Source: Macrostomum hystrix
Lineage: Eukaryota > Animalia > Platyhelminthes
Reading direction: 5' to 3'
Length of the DNA: 64,000 bases
NCBI GenBank assembly: GCA_950097015.1
Contig: CATNEN010000037.1
Span: 124,001 to 188,000, forward strand
The translations under genes were made by a program, and so were the position numbers. Position 1 is the stretch's first letter; each line of letters begins with the position of its first letter. Below, one piece after another: positions 1 to 12,727 of this stretch. The notes beneath the pieces were generated by a model. The model worked only from the letters and a program-made list of their open reading frames with translations, made no database searches and had not been told where the DNA came from.

Positions 1-2484
1 AGCGAACAACTCCGACGTCAGCTGATGTCGGCTGGCTGTGCGGCTGCCGACGAATCATTAATAAGTTCGACCGCGTCAACAACTGACCCTGCAGGCTTAG
101 ACAAAGCTCTCGCAATCAAGCAGAAACTGCTAGAGTACGATCGCAATAGCGCTCGTCGCACTAAAGTCATCGACGACCAGATGGACTATTTTGAAACTGA
201 TGCCGTCTGGCTTTCAGACGCCGAGCGGTCTAAACTGCGCCAACGCGAAAATGCCCTCCATCAGCAGAGACACAAGTCTCGACTGGAGCGTCGGCCAGTG
301 TACGACTTTGCCGGCCGACGCCTCGTGGAGGACTCTGATCCAGCAGCTATGGGACACATCGACCCGGAGCAGGACGCTGTGCTGCGCGAGATTGCCGAGG
401 CTAGAACTAGGGCTGGTGAGTACACTACTACTAGTAGTTTTATTGCTACAGCCTTTGTGGCGCTCCATTGCACTATTATTTAGCTAAATGTTGATTTTCT
501 GTAGGATGTCTAAAGCAGATTTCTGTAGATATCTGTGGGATTCTGTAAATTTCTGTAAATTTCTGTAGATATCTGTGGGATTCTGTAAATTTCTGTAGAT
601 ATCTGTGGGATTCTGTAAATTTCTTTAGATGCCAGTGATAATCAGTGTATTTCTGTAATGTTTGTATTATTCTGTAAATTTTTGTAGATGTCTGTAGCAT
701 TTTAATCTTCTAAGGATTATGTTGTCAATGTTTGTATGTTCTGTAGGGTTCTGTAAAATTCTGTAAACGTCTGTCGGTCGCTTCGCTCTACAATTCTGAA
801 GGTATTCAGTAGATTGTAGGAATTCTTATATCTCTATAAGTTGTGTCTCTAAAATGCCTTTAGAGTTTTAGTAGAAGTAATTTTCTAAGTTTTATAGTAA
901 ACTAATCTGTGGGATAAGTTTTTTTGCTTGCGTTGAAATTTGTAAAAATAAAATTACAAAAAGTAGCTAATAACCGAAAAGCTTATATTTCTACTGCCAG
1001 TAGCTTATATAGCATTTTCTTAATTCAACCACCCAGCTCAAGGCCATCGGGCAGCCGCAGGCGCCGCCGATGATGCTGCCGCCGCCGCCGGTCCGAACTG
1101 GTCTAGCGAAGATTTCCCGTTGGCCAATCCGGCCGTCTCCTGTCGGCCCGAGTTTGTCGCCGACGTTAAGAAAGACGGCCGGGACAAGCAACGGGAGCCT
1201 GGTGTTGTCAAGCAAACCGCGCCAGATTCCAAGCGGGCTGCCCTGCGCCTCCAGGATGGCGATCTGCGCGAACTGCGCGACGACGGCCTCTGCCTGAGCA
1301 TGCACCAGCCGTGGGCCTCCCTCCTAGTCCTGGGCATCAAGCTGCACGAAGGTCGCAGTTGGTATTCAGCGCACCGGGGCCGGCTCTGGATCGCCGCCAC
1401 CGCCAGGCGACCCAACGACGATGAGGTGGCAGCCGTGTTGGCCGACAGTCGGCTGAGAATGCCGGAGGCTAACTTTCCGTCCGCATTTCCAACCGGCTGC
1501 CTGCTTGGCTGCGTTCACGTCGACGAGGTGCTGCCACAGGACGAGTATAGGGAGCGATTTCCGCAGGTAGAACTGTGTTCGAATTCTTTTTCAATTCTAA
1601 CCTGTCAAAATTGGTATACTTCTCACTTTTTACTTTATCCCTGTTCTTTCTATTACGAATTTCCCTCCTGTTGAAATTTCATTCCATAAATCAACAATTT
1701 ATCAGTTTCTTTAAATCTCCTAATTCTCATATTATATTCTATCACACGCTCCAATTATCTCTCTTTTCTCCTGTTTCATAAATCTCCTCTTTCTCACCTT
1801 CTAAATATCTCCCATTGCTCACATTCCATAAATCTCTCATTGCTCACATTCCATAAATCTCCCATTGCTCAAATACCATAAATCTCCCATTGCTCACATT
1901 CCATAAATCTCTCATTGCTCACATTCCATAAATCTCCCATTGCTCAAATACCATAAATCTCCCATTGCTCACATTCCATAAATCTCTCATTGCTCACATT
2001 CCATAAATCTCCCATTGCTCAAATACCATAAATCTCCCATTGCTCACATTCCATAAATCTCCCATTGCTCAAATTCCATAAATCTCCCATTGCTCAAATT
2101 CCATAAATCTCACATTGCTCAAATTCCATAAATCTCACATTCACACATTCTATAAATCTCACATTGCTCAAATTCCATAAATCTCACATTCACACATTCC
2201 ATAAATCTCCCATTGCTCAAATTCCATAAATATCCCTTTTCTTCCGTTTCATAAATCTCCCAATTCTCGCTTATAAATTTCCCATTTCTCACCTCTCATA
2301 ATCGATTTTGATCCCTGATCTCCTTCTTATGCAGGGCGAGAGCGAATCACCGTTCGTGTTCCTGTGCTCAAATCCGCGCGAACTGCTCCTTAAGCTGCCA
2401 ATGAAAGGCGAGCACAAGATCTACAGGCTGGATAGGCAGTTGCATAAGGCCGCATTGGCCAGCCTGATGCGTGGGCAGGCCTAA
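1..2484 (+). CDS. TRIP4: Activating signal cointegrator 1 (ASC-1/TRIP4), 3' part; exons <1-415, 1037-1566, 2335-2484
   Basis: Conserved segment LLEYDRNSARRTKVIDDQMDYF...DFAGRR and ASCH domain CLSMHQPWASLLVLGIKLHEGRSWYSAHRGRLWIAA. Introns 416-1036 (phase 1) and 1567-2334 (phase 0) are GT-AG and keep frame. Last exon reads GESESPFVFLCSNPRELLLKLPMKGEHKIYRL...TAA. The 5' end lies outside the window. Confidence 0.92.
500..780. repeat. Degenerate ~10-bp minisatellite (TTCTGTAAAT/TTCTGTAGAT/ATCTGTGGGA) in TRIP4 intron
   Basis: Visible 10-bp periodicity. Confidence 0.8.
1803..2235. repeat. 25-bp minisatellite (TTCCATAAATCTCCCATTGCTCACA), ~17 copies, TRIP4 intron
   Basis: Direct tandem copies. Confidence 0.95.
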
Positions 2485-2879
2485 TAGTGTGCTCAGTAGT
2501 ATAGTAGGGACCGATCAGAATGTTTAGTTCGCATTGCATACTTTTTTTCTCGAGTTTTAAGTTTTACGAGATGCGCACTATATATCGTAACATATAATTG
2601 TGTTTAAAATAGGGAAAATGTCGCATGTCGCTTTGAAAATGTGTCAAATGAAAAAAATATATATTGTGGAATTCTTCTATTTTCCATTTTCCTCTATTGG
2701 ACTTCGAATAAATTAAATACAAGAGAAACTAAATATGTTGATTATCAGCTGCAGAATTCTGCTATTTTGCTTTTAGTTATTTGAAATTAATTTCTATTAG
2801 CAATGCGTTCAATGATGCTTACTAATAATTTATTAATATTACAAAACTATTAAATATTAAATATTGCTACAAATATTAG

Positions 2880-4755
2880 GTAATAATAATCTCGATTCTT
2901 TAATTACGAGCCGTAGGTAAAATTAATCTCGTTTCTTCAATTAGGTAATTATAATCTCGCTTCTTTAATTAGATTATTAGAATCTCGATTCTTCAATTAG
3001 GTGATTAGAATCTCGCTTCTTCAATTAGGTGATTAGAATCTCGATTCTTCAATTAGGTGATTAGAATCTCGCTTCTTCAATTAGGTGATTAGAATCTCGC
3101 TTCTTCAATTAGGTGATTAGAATCTCGCTTCTTCAATTAGGTGATTAGAATCTCGCTTCTTCAATTAGGTAATTATAATCTCTCTTTTTCAATTAGGTGA
3201 TTAGAATCTCGCTTCTTCAATTAGGTGATTAGAATCTCGCTTCTTTTATTAGGTGATTAGAATCTCGCTTTTTCAATTAGGGTATTAGAATCTCGCTTCT
3301 TTGTTAGGTAATAATAATCTCGCTTCTTTATTAGGTAATAATAATCTCGATTCTTCAATTAGGTGATTAGAATCTCGCTTCTTTAATTAGATTATTAGAA
3401 TCTCGCTTTTTTAATTATGTGATTAGAATCTCGCTTCTTCAATTAGGTGATTAGAATCTCGCTTCTTCAATTAGGTGATTAGAATCTCGCTTCTTCAATT
3501 AGGTAATTAGAATCTCGCTTTTTCAATTAGGTGATTAGAATCTCGCTTCTTCAATTAGGTGATTAGAATCTCGCTTCTTTTATTAGGTGATTAGAATCTC
3601 GCGTTTTTAATTATGTGATTAGAATCTCGCTTCTTCAATTAGGTGATTAGAATCTCGCTTCTTCAATTAGGTGATTAGAATCTCGCTTCTTCAATTAGGT
3701 GATTAGAATCTCGCTTCTTTTATTAGGTGATTAGAATCTCGCTTCTTCAATTAGGTGATTAGAATCTCGCTTCTTCAATTAGGTGATTAGAATCTCGCTT
3801 CTTCAATTAGGTAATTAGAATCTCGCTTCTTCAATTAGGTAATAATAATCTCGCTTTTTCAATTAGGTAATTAGAATCTCGCTTCTTCAATTAGGTAATT
3901 AGAATCTCGCTTCTTTAATTAGGTAATTAGAATCTCGATTCTTCAATTAGGTAATTAGAATCTCGCTTTTTCAATTAGGTAATTAGAATCTCGCTTCTTC
4001 AATTAGGTAATTAGAATCTCGCTTCTTTAATTAGGTAATTAAAATCTCGATTCTTCAATTAGGTAATTAGAATCTCGCTTCTTCAATTAGGTAATTAGAA
4101 TCTCGCTTCTTTAATTAGGTAATTAGAATCTCGCGTTTTTAATTATGTGATTAGAATCTCGCTTCTTCAATTAGGTGATTAGAATCTCGCTTCTTCAATT
4201 ATGTGATTAGAATCTCGCTTCTTCAATTAGGTGATTATAATCTCGCTTCTTCAATTAGGTGATTATTATCTCGCTTCTTCAATTAGGTGATTATTATCTC
4301 GCTTCTTCAATTAGGTGATTATTATCTCGCTTCTTCAATTAGGTGATTATTATCTCGCTTCTTCAATTAGGTAATTATTATCTCGCTTCTTTAATTAGGT
4401 AATTATTATCTCGATTCTTCAATTAGGTAATTAGAATCTCGCTTCTTTAATTAGGTAATTAGAATCTCGCTTCTTTAATTAGGTAATATTTATCTGGATT
4501 CTTCAATTAGGTAATTAGAATCTCGCTTCTTCAATTAGGTAATTAGAATCTCGCGTTTTTAATTATGTGATTAGAATCTCGCTCCTTCAATTAGGTGATT
4601 AGAATCTCGCTTCTTCAATTAGGTGATTAGAATCTCGCTTCTTCAATTATGTGATTAGAATCTCGCTTCTTCAATTAGGTGATTAGAATCTCGCTTCTTC
4701 AATTAGGTGATTATTATCTCGCTTCTTCAATTAGGTAATTATTATCTCGCTTCTG
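2880..4755. repeat. 28-bp minisatellite (GATTAGAATCTCGCTTCTTCAATTAGGT), ~67 copies, intergenic
   Basis: Tandem copies; the GCGTTTTT variant recurs in phase at 3601, 4133 and 4553 (19 and 15 units apart). Confidence 0.97.
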
Positions 4756-4996
4756 TAGTTAGGCCATTAGAAAATTTCTTCGTTAATTAGTTGATTAGTT
4801 GATAATAAAGGAGGTATCTGTTAAAAAAGACGATTTGAAACCACGTTTTTAATTAGGCGGTTACAAGTCCGGCATCAAATAAGCCTTTTAGAAGAAATGA
4901 AAATTGCTTCTTAAGTAAGCTTTTTTAATACTCGCTACTCATGTCAGTAGCTAAGTAGGCGCATAGATTTTTAATTATTATTTAATTTTTCCAGCC

Positions 4997-5638
4997 ATGG
5001 ACGACGAAGCCGAGACGCACAAGCTGTGGAAGGTGCGGCGCACCATCAATCAGATGTGCCGCGATCGTGGCTACCTAATCCTGCAGGAGGAGTGCACTCA
5101 AACTCTGGAAGAATTCAAGCAGCAGTTTGGAGATCGGCCATGCTCTGAGCAGAAGCCGTCTCGCTCGGAGCTGACTATGCTTGTTGCCCACCAGGAGGAC
5201 CCAACTGATCGCATGATTGTATTCTTTGCCGATGAGCCAAAGCTTGGCATTAAACATGTCAAAGCCTATGTGAATCGGATGCAACAGGAGGGCGTCTACA
5301 AGGCCATCCTTGTTATTCAGGCCACCGGTGGTATGTCGCCCTCCGCTAAACAGTCTCTGCTGGACATTCAACCCAAGTACACGCTGGAACACTTCTACGA
5401 ATCTGAGCTCATGATTAACATCACTGAGCACGAGTTAGTGCCCAGACACGAACTATTGACGCCATCGGAGAAGAAGGAGCTGCTAGATAGGTACAGGTTC
5501 AAGGAGAGCCAGCTGCCCAAGATACAATTGGGCGATCCTGTGGCTCGCTATCTGGGCTTGAAGAAGGGCGAAGTTGTGAAAATTATTCGCTCATCTGAGA
5601 CTGCCGGTCGCTATGTTACCTATAGAATAGTTGTGTGA
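4997..5638 (+). CDS. POLR2E: RNA polymerase I/II/III subunit RPB5 (RPABC1), single exon, 213 aa
   Basis: [77 protein letters not shown] are hallmark RPB5 motifs; AATAAA near 5823-5832. Confidence 0.98.
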   Translation: MDDEAETHKLWKVRRTINQMCRDRGYLILQEECTQTLEEFKQQFGDRPCSEQKPSRSELTMLVAHQEDPTDRMIVFFADEPKLGIKHVKAYVNRMQQEGVYKAILVIQATGGMSPSAKQSLLDIQPKYTLEHFYESELMINITEHELVPRHELLTPSEKKELLDRYRFKESQLPKIQLGDPVARYLGLKKGEVVKIIRSSETAGRYVTYRIVV

Positions 5639-5916
5639 ATTTCACCCGTGTCTGAAATTGTGTTTGCATTTTTTCATCTAATATTATGATTGGCTCCGGT
5701 TTGTTTGGGAACCGATAGTCAATCTTGGTGTACTCTGATCTGCTTAAATCCCTAAGTCGCAACTTGTCTTATTTTATTATTTCAACTGGGGATAAAATAT
5801 GCCATTAAGTAATAATGAATTAAATAAATAAAAACATTTAAATACAAAGTTGTGTTAATACGCTGTCGTTTTTTAACTTCTCTTGCTAGCAGATAAATAG
5901 AAGTCAATTTACACGT

Positions 5917-6130
5917 ACGGATTATCGAGCTAGTCAATTAGCTGGTGAATGGATTATCGAGCTAGTCAATTAGCTGGTGAATGGATTATCGAGCTAGTCA
6001 ATTAGCTGGTGAATGGATTATCCAGCTAGTCAATTAGCTGGTGAATGGATTATCGAGCTAGTCAATTAGCTAGTGAATGGATTATCGAGCTAGTCAATTA
6101 GCTGGTGAATGGATTATCGAGCTAGTCAAT
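5917..6130. repeat. 32-bp minisatellite (TGGATTATCGAGCTAGTCAATTAGCTGGTGAA), ~6.5 copies
   Basis: Tandem copies between the RPB5 3' end and the next gene. Confidence 0.95.
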
Positions 6131-6205
6131 CAGCCGGTTGAGAGAATGCCTACGTGAAGACCTGAGGAGCCCCAACGAATTCCATTGCAGCTGCCTGTAG
6201 CCGCC

Positions 6206-9200
6206 ATGCCGGCAATTCTAGCAACAGCTCCCCGCCTTCTGCGCCACCTGGCTCTCAGCCGATTCTACTGCGCTTGCCCCACAGCCGATCAGTCTAGCGG
6301 GTCCTTCCAGATTCGGGTCCGCCAGGCCAACCTCACTGACCTGCCCGAGATGCGACAGCTGCAGCCGCTGGCGCACGGCGGCCTTGACGATGTTGCTCAA
6401 CTGCTGCGCCTGACTTCGGCCTCGTCGTCAGCAGCCTCCGCCGCTGCCGCAGTCAAGTCGGGATTTCCGCGTCGAGCCTATCTGGCTGAGGCTCCACCGT
6501 CGGCTGGCGTTAGCAAAGCTAGCCCGAGCGCCTTCTTGAACATTGTGCTAGTCGACAATGGCCAATCCGCGGTGCTGACACATGGTCGGGCACGAGACGA
6601 CCTCGTCGGCAGAGGCGTCTTGGCTCGCCTAGCCGCAGCCGCTCTGGCCGATGTCGCTCGCGAGGCTCGTCAACCCATTGGCCGCACCCTGGCCACTCTG
6701 TGCATGCCGCGCTACTCTCGCGACGGCATCGCCCGACGCTCCGAGGCCTTCACCGTGCTGAGCTCCCTTAGCCAGCTGGGCTTTCATTTCAATTCTTTGT
6801 ACTTTAGAACTGAACTGGCGCCTCGGCTGCTGCAGGCTGCTGGCACTGACGTCACCGAAGCTGAGCCTGAGGATCTGTGGCGCAGGCTAGCTAAGAGGCC
6901 TGACACCAAGCAACGTCTGTTCCCTAGCAACCACCTGCTGGTCTGCCGGCTGCCCATGCGCCTGACCGAGGACAACCTGCTGCTGGTGAGTCACTGAATC
7001 AGTCACTGTCCCAGTCCATCACTGAATCAGTCAGTGTCCCAGTCCATCACTGAATCAGTCAGTGTCCCAGTCCATCACTGAATCAGTCACTGTCCCAGTC
7101 CATCACTGAATCAGTCAGTGTCCCAGTCCATCACTGAATCAGTCACTGTCCCAGTCCATCACTGAATCTATCACAAGCATCGTCCGAATTCGAACCACCG
7201 CAGGCCGGCAGCGACCCGGTCCTCGGTCCCGGCGCCCGGCCCTTTGTCAGCGGCCTAGGCGAATCTGGTAGCAGCGATAGTCTAGACGGTGTCAGCTTCC
7301 GCTGCCATCACCGCGCCCGCCTTGGCCGGCACCTGTCCGTCACGGCATATGCCGCTACCGAGTCCGCCGTTGTCGCCCACCTGCTGGCCCAGATGCGGCG
7401 CGCTGTAAACCAGCCGCGCGGCCTTCTCTCGCCGAAGCCGGGGGCTCGCGACGCCAACGACGACACCGATGCCGACGATGACGACGTGTTTGTCAGCCTG
7501 TTCTTCCCAGTCGAGCTCAGCATCCCCAAAATACTCAACCTCATTCAGGTGAGGTTAGAGAGTATTGAGTCTCTCCTTAGCTCTAATTATCACGTTAAGT
7601 TCTCCCACACCGCTGATATCCTCTTCTGATAGATGCAATGCTTAAATATCACCAGATCAATCCAGAACCCAAATCCCCTCACCAGATCAATCTGGAACCC
7701 AAATCCCCTCACCAGATCAATCTGGAACCCAAATCCCCTCACCAGATCAATCTGGAACCCAAATCCCCTCACCAGATCAATCTGGAACCCAAATCCCCTC
7801 ACCAGATCAATCTGGAACCCAAATCCCCTCACCAGATCAATCTGGAACCCAAATCCCCTCACCAGATCAATCTGGAACCCAAATCCCCTCACCAGATCAA
7901 TCCAGAACCTAAATCCCCTCACCAGATCAATCCAGAACCCAAATCCCCTCACCAGATCAATCTGGAACCCAAATCCCCTCACCAGATCAATCTGGAACCC
8001 AAATCCCCTCACCAGATCAATCTGGAACCCAAATCCCCTCACCAGATCAATCTGGAACCCAAATCCCCTCACCAGATCAATCCAGAACCTAAATCCCCTC
8101 ACCAGATCAATCCAGAACCTAAATCCCCTCACCAGATCAATCCAGAACCCAAATCCCCTCATAAGATCAATCCAGAACCCAAATCCCCTCATAAGATCAA
8201 TCCAGAACCCAAATCCCCTCATAAGATCAATCCAGAACCCAAATCCCCTCATAAGATCAATCCAGAACCCAAATCCCCTCATAAGATCAATCCAGAACCC
8301 AAATCCCCTCTTAAGATCAATCCAGAACCCAAATCCCCTCATAAGATCAATCCAGAACCCAAATCCCCTCTTAAGATCAATCCAGAACCCAAATTCCGTT
8401 GCCAGATCAATCCAGAACCCAAATCCCCTCACCAGATCAATCTGGAACCCAAATCCCCTCACCAGATCAATCTGGAACCCAAATCCCCTCACCAGATCAA
8501 TCTGGAACCCAAATCCCCTCACCAGATCAATCCAGAACCTAAATCCCCTCACCAGATCAATCCAGAACCCAAATCCCCTCACCAGATCAATCTGGAACCC
8601 AAATCCCCTCACCAGATCAATCTGGAACCTAAATCCCCTCACCAGATCAATCCAGAACCTAAATCCCCTCACCAGATCAATCCAGAACCCAAATCCCCTC
8701 ATAAGATCAATCCAGAACCCAAATCCCCTCATAAGATCAATCCAGAACCCAAATCCCCTCATAAGATCAATCCAGAACCCAAATTCCGTTGCCAGATCAA
8801 TCCAGAACCCAAATCCCCTCATAAGATCAATCCAGAACCCAAATCCCCTCATAAGATCAATCCAGAACCCAAATCCCCTCATAAGATCAATCCAGAACCC
8901 AAATCCCCTCTTAAGATCAATCCAGAACCCAAATTCCGTTGCCAGATCAATCCAGAACCCAAATCCCCTAATATGATCAATCCAGAACCCAAATCCCCTC
9001 ATAAGATCAATCCAGAACCCAAATTCCGTTGCCAGATCAATCCAGAACCCAAATCCCCTAATATGATCAATCCAGAACCCAAATCCCCTCATAAGATCAA
9101 TCCAGAACCCAAATTCCGTTGCCAGATCAATCCTAGAATCGAATCCCCTCATCAAATCCTTTACGTGTTCATGCCGCTGTGATTGCAGACGGACCCGGTG

Positions 9201-9356
9201 CTTCACAATCTGCCCCTGTCATCCAACTCGAAGCTAAACTGTAAGATGCACGCCATTGAACACGCCTACGTTGGGCCAGTGTCCAATTTCGATTTTGCCA
9301 GTCCAAATGAAGCCATCCCTGACGATATCACCAATATCGAACAGGAAGTGCTATGA
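6206..9356 (+). CDS. NAT16/histidine N-acetyltransferase-like GNAT protein, ~430 aa; exons 6206-6985, 7204-7548, 9189-9356
   Basis: ATG in GCCGCCATG context. GNAT motif-A-like RARDDLVGRGVL, plus RLFPSNHLLVCRLPMRLTEDNL and GRHLSVTAYAATESAVVAHLL, which parallel my recollection of NAT16 (LPGGTIIQDWQPYR..ESNL; YLNIDAFGSD....QLL). Both introns are phase-0 GT-AG and keep frame to TGA at 9354-9356. Confidence 0.68.
6992..7168. repeat. 28-bp minisatellite (CACTGAATCAGTCACTGTCCCAGTCCAT), ~6 copies, fills GNAT intron 1
   Basis: Tandem copies starting 6 nt after the donor GT. Confidence 0.95.
7648..9150. repeat. 30-bp minisatellite (ACCAGATCAATCTGGAACCCAAATCCCCTC), ~50 copies, fills GNAT intron 2
   Basis: Exact 30-bp periodicity with clustered variants. 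Confidence 0.97.
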
Positions 9357-9689
9357 ATTGCACTACGTGTAAAGTTACCTCGAAACTTACGAGCGTAATT
9401 TTTAATAATTTAAAACGGATGATGCGTAAATTTTTCATGAATTCGAAATTCATAAATATCTTTCAAATTTGTCGTGTGTTTTACCCATTTTAGCGTTTAC
9501 TCGTACTATTATTTTCCCATGTTGGTTTTCCAAATCGACAATTCAATTGTGCTACTGATAGTAATTTAGCAGGCGTCATTATTAACAATACTGCGTCATT
9601 ATAAAATTCATTTATCAGTAGTTTGACAAACTAATATGCCTCGCTGGCCAAGGAAAGAAATCAATAGACAATAGTGGGCAGAATTGAGA

Positions 9690-10255
9690 CGGGGAAATGA
9701 GACACTGGAGAGATAAGACACGGGGGGAGATAAGACAAGGAGAGATGAGACACCGGAGAGATAAGACACCAGGGAGATGAGACACGGAGAGATGAGGCAC
9801 CGGGGAGATAAGGCACCGGGGAGATGAGACACGGGAGAGATGAGAAACGGGAGAGATGAGACACGGGAGAGATGAGACACGGAAGAGATGAGACACGGGA
9901 GAGATGAGACAGGAGAGATGAGACACAGGAGAAATGAGACACAGGAGAGATGAGACACGGGAGAGATGAGACACGGGAGAGATGAGACAGGAGAGATGAG
10001 ACACGGGAGAGATGAGACAGGAGAGATGAGACACGGGAGAGATGAGACACGGGAGAGATGAGACAGGAGAGATGAGACACAGGAGAGATGAGACACAGGA
10101 GAGATGAGACACGGGAGAGATATGGCACCGGGGAGATGAGACACGGGAGAGATATGGCACCGGGGAGATGAGACACGGAAGAGATGAGACACCGGAGAGA
10201 TGAGACAGGAGAGATAAGATTCGTAGAGAGATACAAATCGAGAGATGAGAAGGCA
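9690..10255. repeat. Purine-rich 16-19-bp degenerate minisatellite (GAGAGATGAGACACGG)
   Basis: Tandem copies of variable length. Confidence 0.9.
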
Positions 10256-11393
10256 GAGACAGGCTATGTTTTAAATAGTCCTAACTACTCCTTGGGTAGA
10301 GTTTGCCTATACCACTGTTGTAAATAAACTGTTCCAACATAGATGTGCTGTTTTATCTTTTTCATTATTCTCTAGTGCTCCTAGCAAATTTTGCGCATTG
10401 TCTTCCGGTTAATCGATCTAGTACTTTAGTACTCATTTAGATAAAACTCCAACTTAGTTTCATTGTCAGTTTTTATCGCTGTATATTTCATGTTGTTTTC
10501 TGTGCTAACACTGTCACTACTTGCTCAGTAGTTTGTTGGTTTCCTATTATACTTTAAGCGTATTTTTTGGCTATCTTGAAGGCTAATCAATGGTCTTTTT
10601 AAATTGCATATTTTAACTTAAGATGCTTTCTTGCTACTACTACTGCAAGTATGCAAGTATTTTTAACGGTTTTACAATATTTTTTGCTGAAAATAGTCTG
10701 ATTGAATTTGCTAATAAAATGCCTCTAGGTTCGGTGAAAATAGAATTAAGTGGATGCCGTTCTTTTTAAGTATTTTCGCAACAAATTGTTTTGTTGTTTT
10801 TCTCGATTATTTATTGCGAATAACACAATTATTGATATAGTAGTTACTGTCTAGGTGTCTTGATTTCTTATGCTACAAATTGAGTCCTCGCAGTAAGAGC
10901 CCGTTCATACGGCTGTGAGCTGTGAGCCAATTCAGGCCGAGTCAAAATATATTTAAGTTTAACAGAGCGATAAGGAAGGGGGGTTGGCCGTACGATAACA
11001 AGAGTGCGCGACTGAGGGTAGGAGAGGAGGCTAGAACGTGAGCGGCGGACCAATCAGAAAGGAGGAAAGAAAGAAAGGATAGAGAATGAGAGATCAGCCG
11101 CAGAGATAACGAGAGAGAAAGAACTAGATTGAACTGGACGATGTAAACAAGAAAAGTGCAGAGAACGAAAGAGTGAATAGAGGACAGAAGGCAGAGACGA
11201 AAGTCGCGACACTAGGATATAGACTCTATTGAAGCAAATTCTATATGAACCCAAATAGTATGATCAGTTTTCTGATACCCATCAAAGTTGTTTAAAATAA
11301 AGGTTAGATGTTTTTAACATTCCTTATGACCTGTCAGGTTATTGTTAATTATCGTCTCATTGTTAAAGTCTTGCGATGCTCCTGGCTGCAGTC

Positions 11394-12236
11394 TCACTCC
11401 TCCATGATGGCGGGCAGGTCGTTGCGATTTTTGAAGAACGCATTCGCGTCTTGCTGGTTGGCATCCAGCATGAAGGTGTAGGTGGTCTCGCGTCGCCTAC
11501 TTCTGCTCACGTTGATTCGCCTCTCAGAGCGTAACTCTGGTCTTGGAAATTCGCAGCACACGCTGCCGCAGGTGTGTTCTTTGAAGAACTTTGTCATGCC
11601 AACCGGACCAATGTCCGTGGGTCCGAACTGACCTTGCTGTCTAGAGAGCACGGCTGGGTCGGTGAGCGTGTAACCAGTTGGAGTTCTCACGCCCTGAATG
11701 TCGCACACTAGTAATTTTCCGTTGGATTTCCAATAGGTGTAATGCGAGAATGCCGGTATGGCTGCAACGTCGTCACGTTCAAAGCCACCATTGCTGTTAA
11801 ACTTTTCATACTGACCCTCAATGAAGTCCTCGACCAGGATTTTGTCACCAACCTTAGCGTAGCTGGTCCCTTCAGGAATTCGTGTCACCGTGGCCATCTC
11901 AGGCACAATGAACATCAGAGGCTTACGAGAACTGCTGGCGTAGTCAGCGTTGAATGCTTCGGCAAACTCTCTGGCCTTCTGACTGGCTTTTACGTCAGGC
12001 ATGTAGTTTTCGTAGTTCCTGTTTATCTCTTCCTTAAACACCTTAGTCACGCACTTCTTGTTATTCAGCGGACCGTCGCCTTTGTAGACGCCCTTGAATG
12101 CGTGCCTACATGCGCCGCTATCGAAAGGATCCGATTCATACTCCACGATGTATTGAACACCGCCGATTTTGTAGTCCAATCTAGCTGTAGGCGTAATAGT
12201 TTCTTTCCTGCCGCTGCTGCTGTTGCTGTTTCCCAT
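11394..12236 (-). CDS. Stand-alone alpha-kinase (eEF2K/MHCK-like catalytic domain), 280 aa, N-myristoylation motif, single exon
   Basis: FDSGACRHAFKG, CVTKVF (catalytic K), EDFIEGQYEKFNSN, AFSHYTY, VCDIQGV, LTDPAV, FGPTDIGPVGMTKFFKEHTCGSVC (Gly-rich loop and H/C/C zinc ligands); N-terminus MGNSNSSS. Confidence 0.93.
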   Translation of the reverse strand: MGNSNSSSGRKETITPTARLDYKIGGVQYIVEYESDPFDSGACRHAFKGVYKGDGPLNNKKCVTKVFKEEINRNYENYMPDVKASQKAREFAEAFNADYASSSRKPLMFIVPEMATVTRIPEGTSYAKVGDKILVEDFIEGQYEKFNSNGGFERDDVAAIPAFSHYTYWKSNGKLLVCDIQGVRTPTGYTLTDPAVLSRQQGQFGPTDIGPVGMTKFFKEHTCGSVCCEFPRPELRSERRINVSRSRRRETTYTFMLDANQQDANAFFKNRNDLPAIMEE

Positions 12237-12727
12237 TGCTGAACTAACTAGATTACTTCACTAAGTAAGAAGCTGGAAGCTTGAGTTGTTTGAGTTTTTA
12301 TTCGTTCGTGGCGTCTAAAGTGGAACTTGGTCCTTCTTTGTATACGCGAGCACTTTTTAAATAATAAAGAACGAATGTAATTCACTGTACTCCTGCTGTT
12401 CTGTGTGCATTTCGGTCGAACAAACGTACACCTAGATTTTCATTTACTATTCTTTAACTTCTTATTTTCATTGTGTGTTTGAAATGCGCGGTGCTATTTT
12501 TATTCCTGACGCGATGCCTTTAGGGGAACTTCCACAAGTAGGGTGATACCGGTTCATTATCTTTTCAATGCTATCTACGCCAGTGTGTTCTAGTTTTAGT
12601 TAGACTATATAATTAAAAATGCTAGAAAATATTCAATAATGATTTTATCGGAAGCAATGATCTAGTTTTAACACTCGTACAAGCTGCACCCTGCGCCTGC
12701 ACCCGCAGATTTCTAATAACTAGATAA

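Noticed and set aside
7590-9206. Three long ORFs (447-538 aa) with decapeptide repeats
   Set aside because: They are translations of a 30-bp array whose unit lacks stops in those frames, and the array lies inside a GT-AG intron of the GNAT gene.
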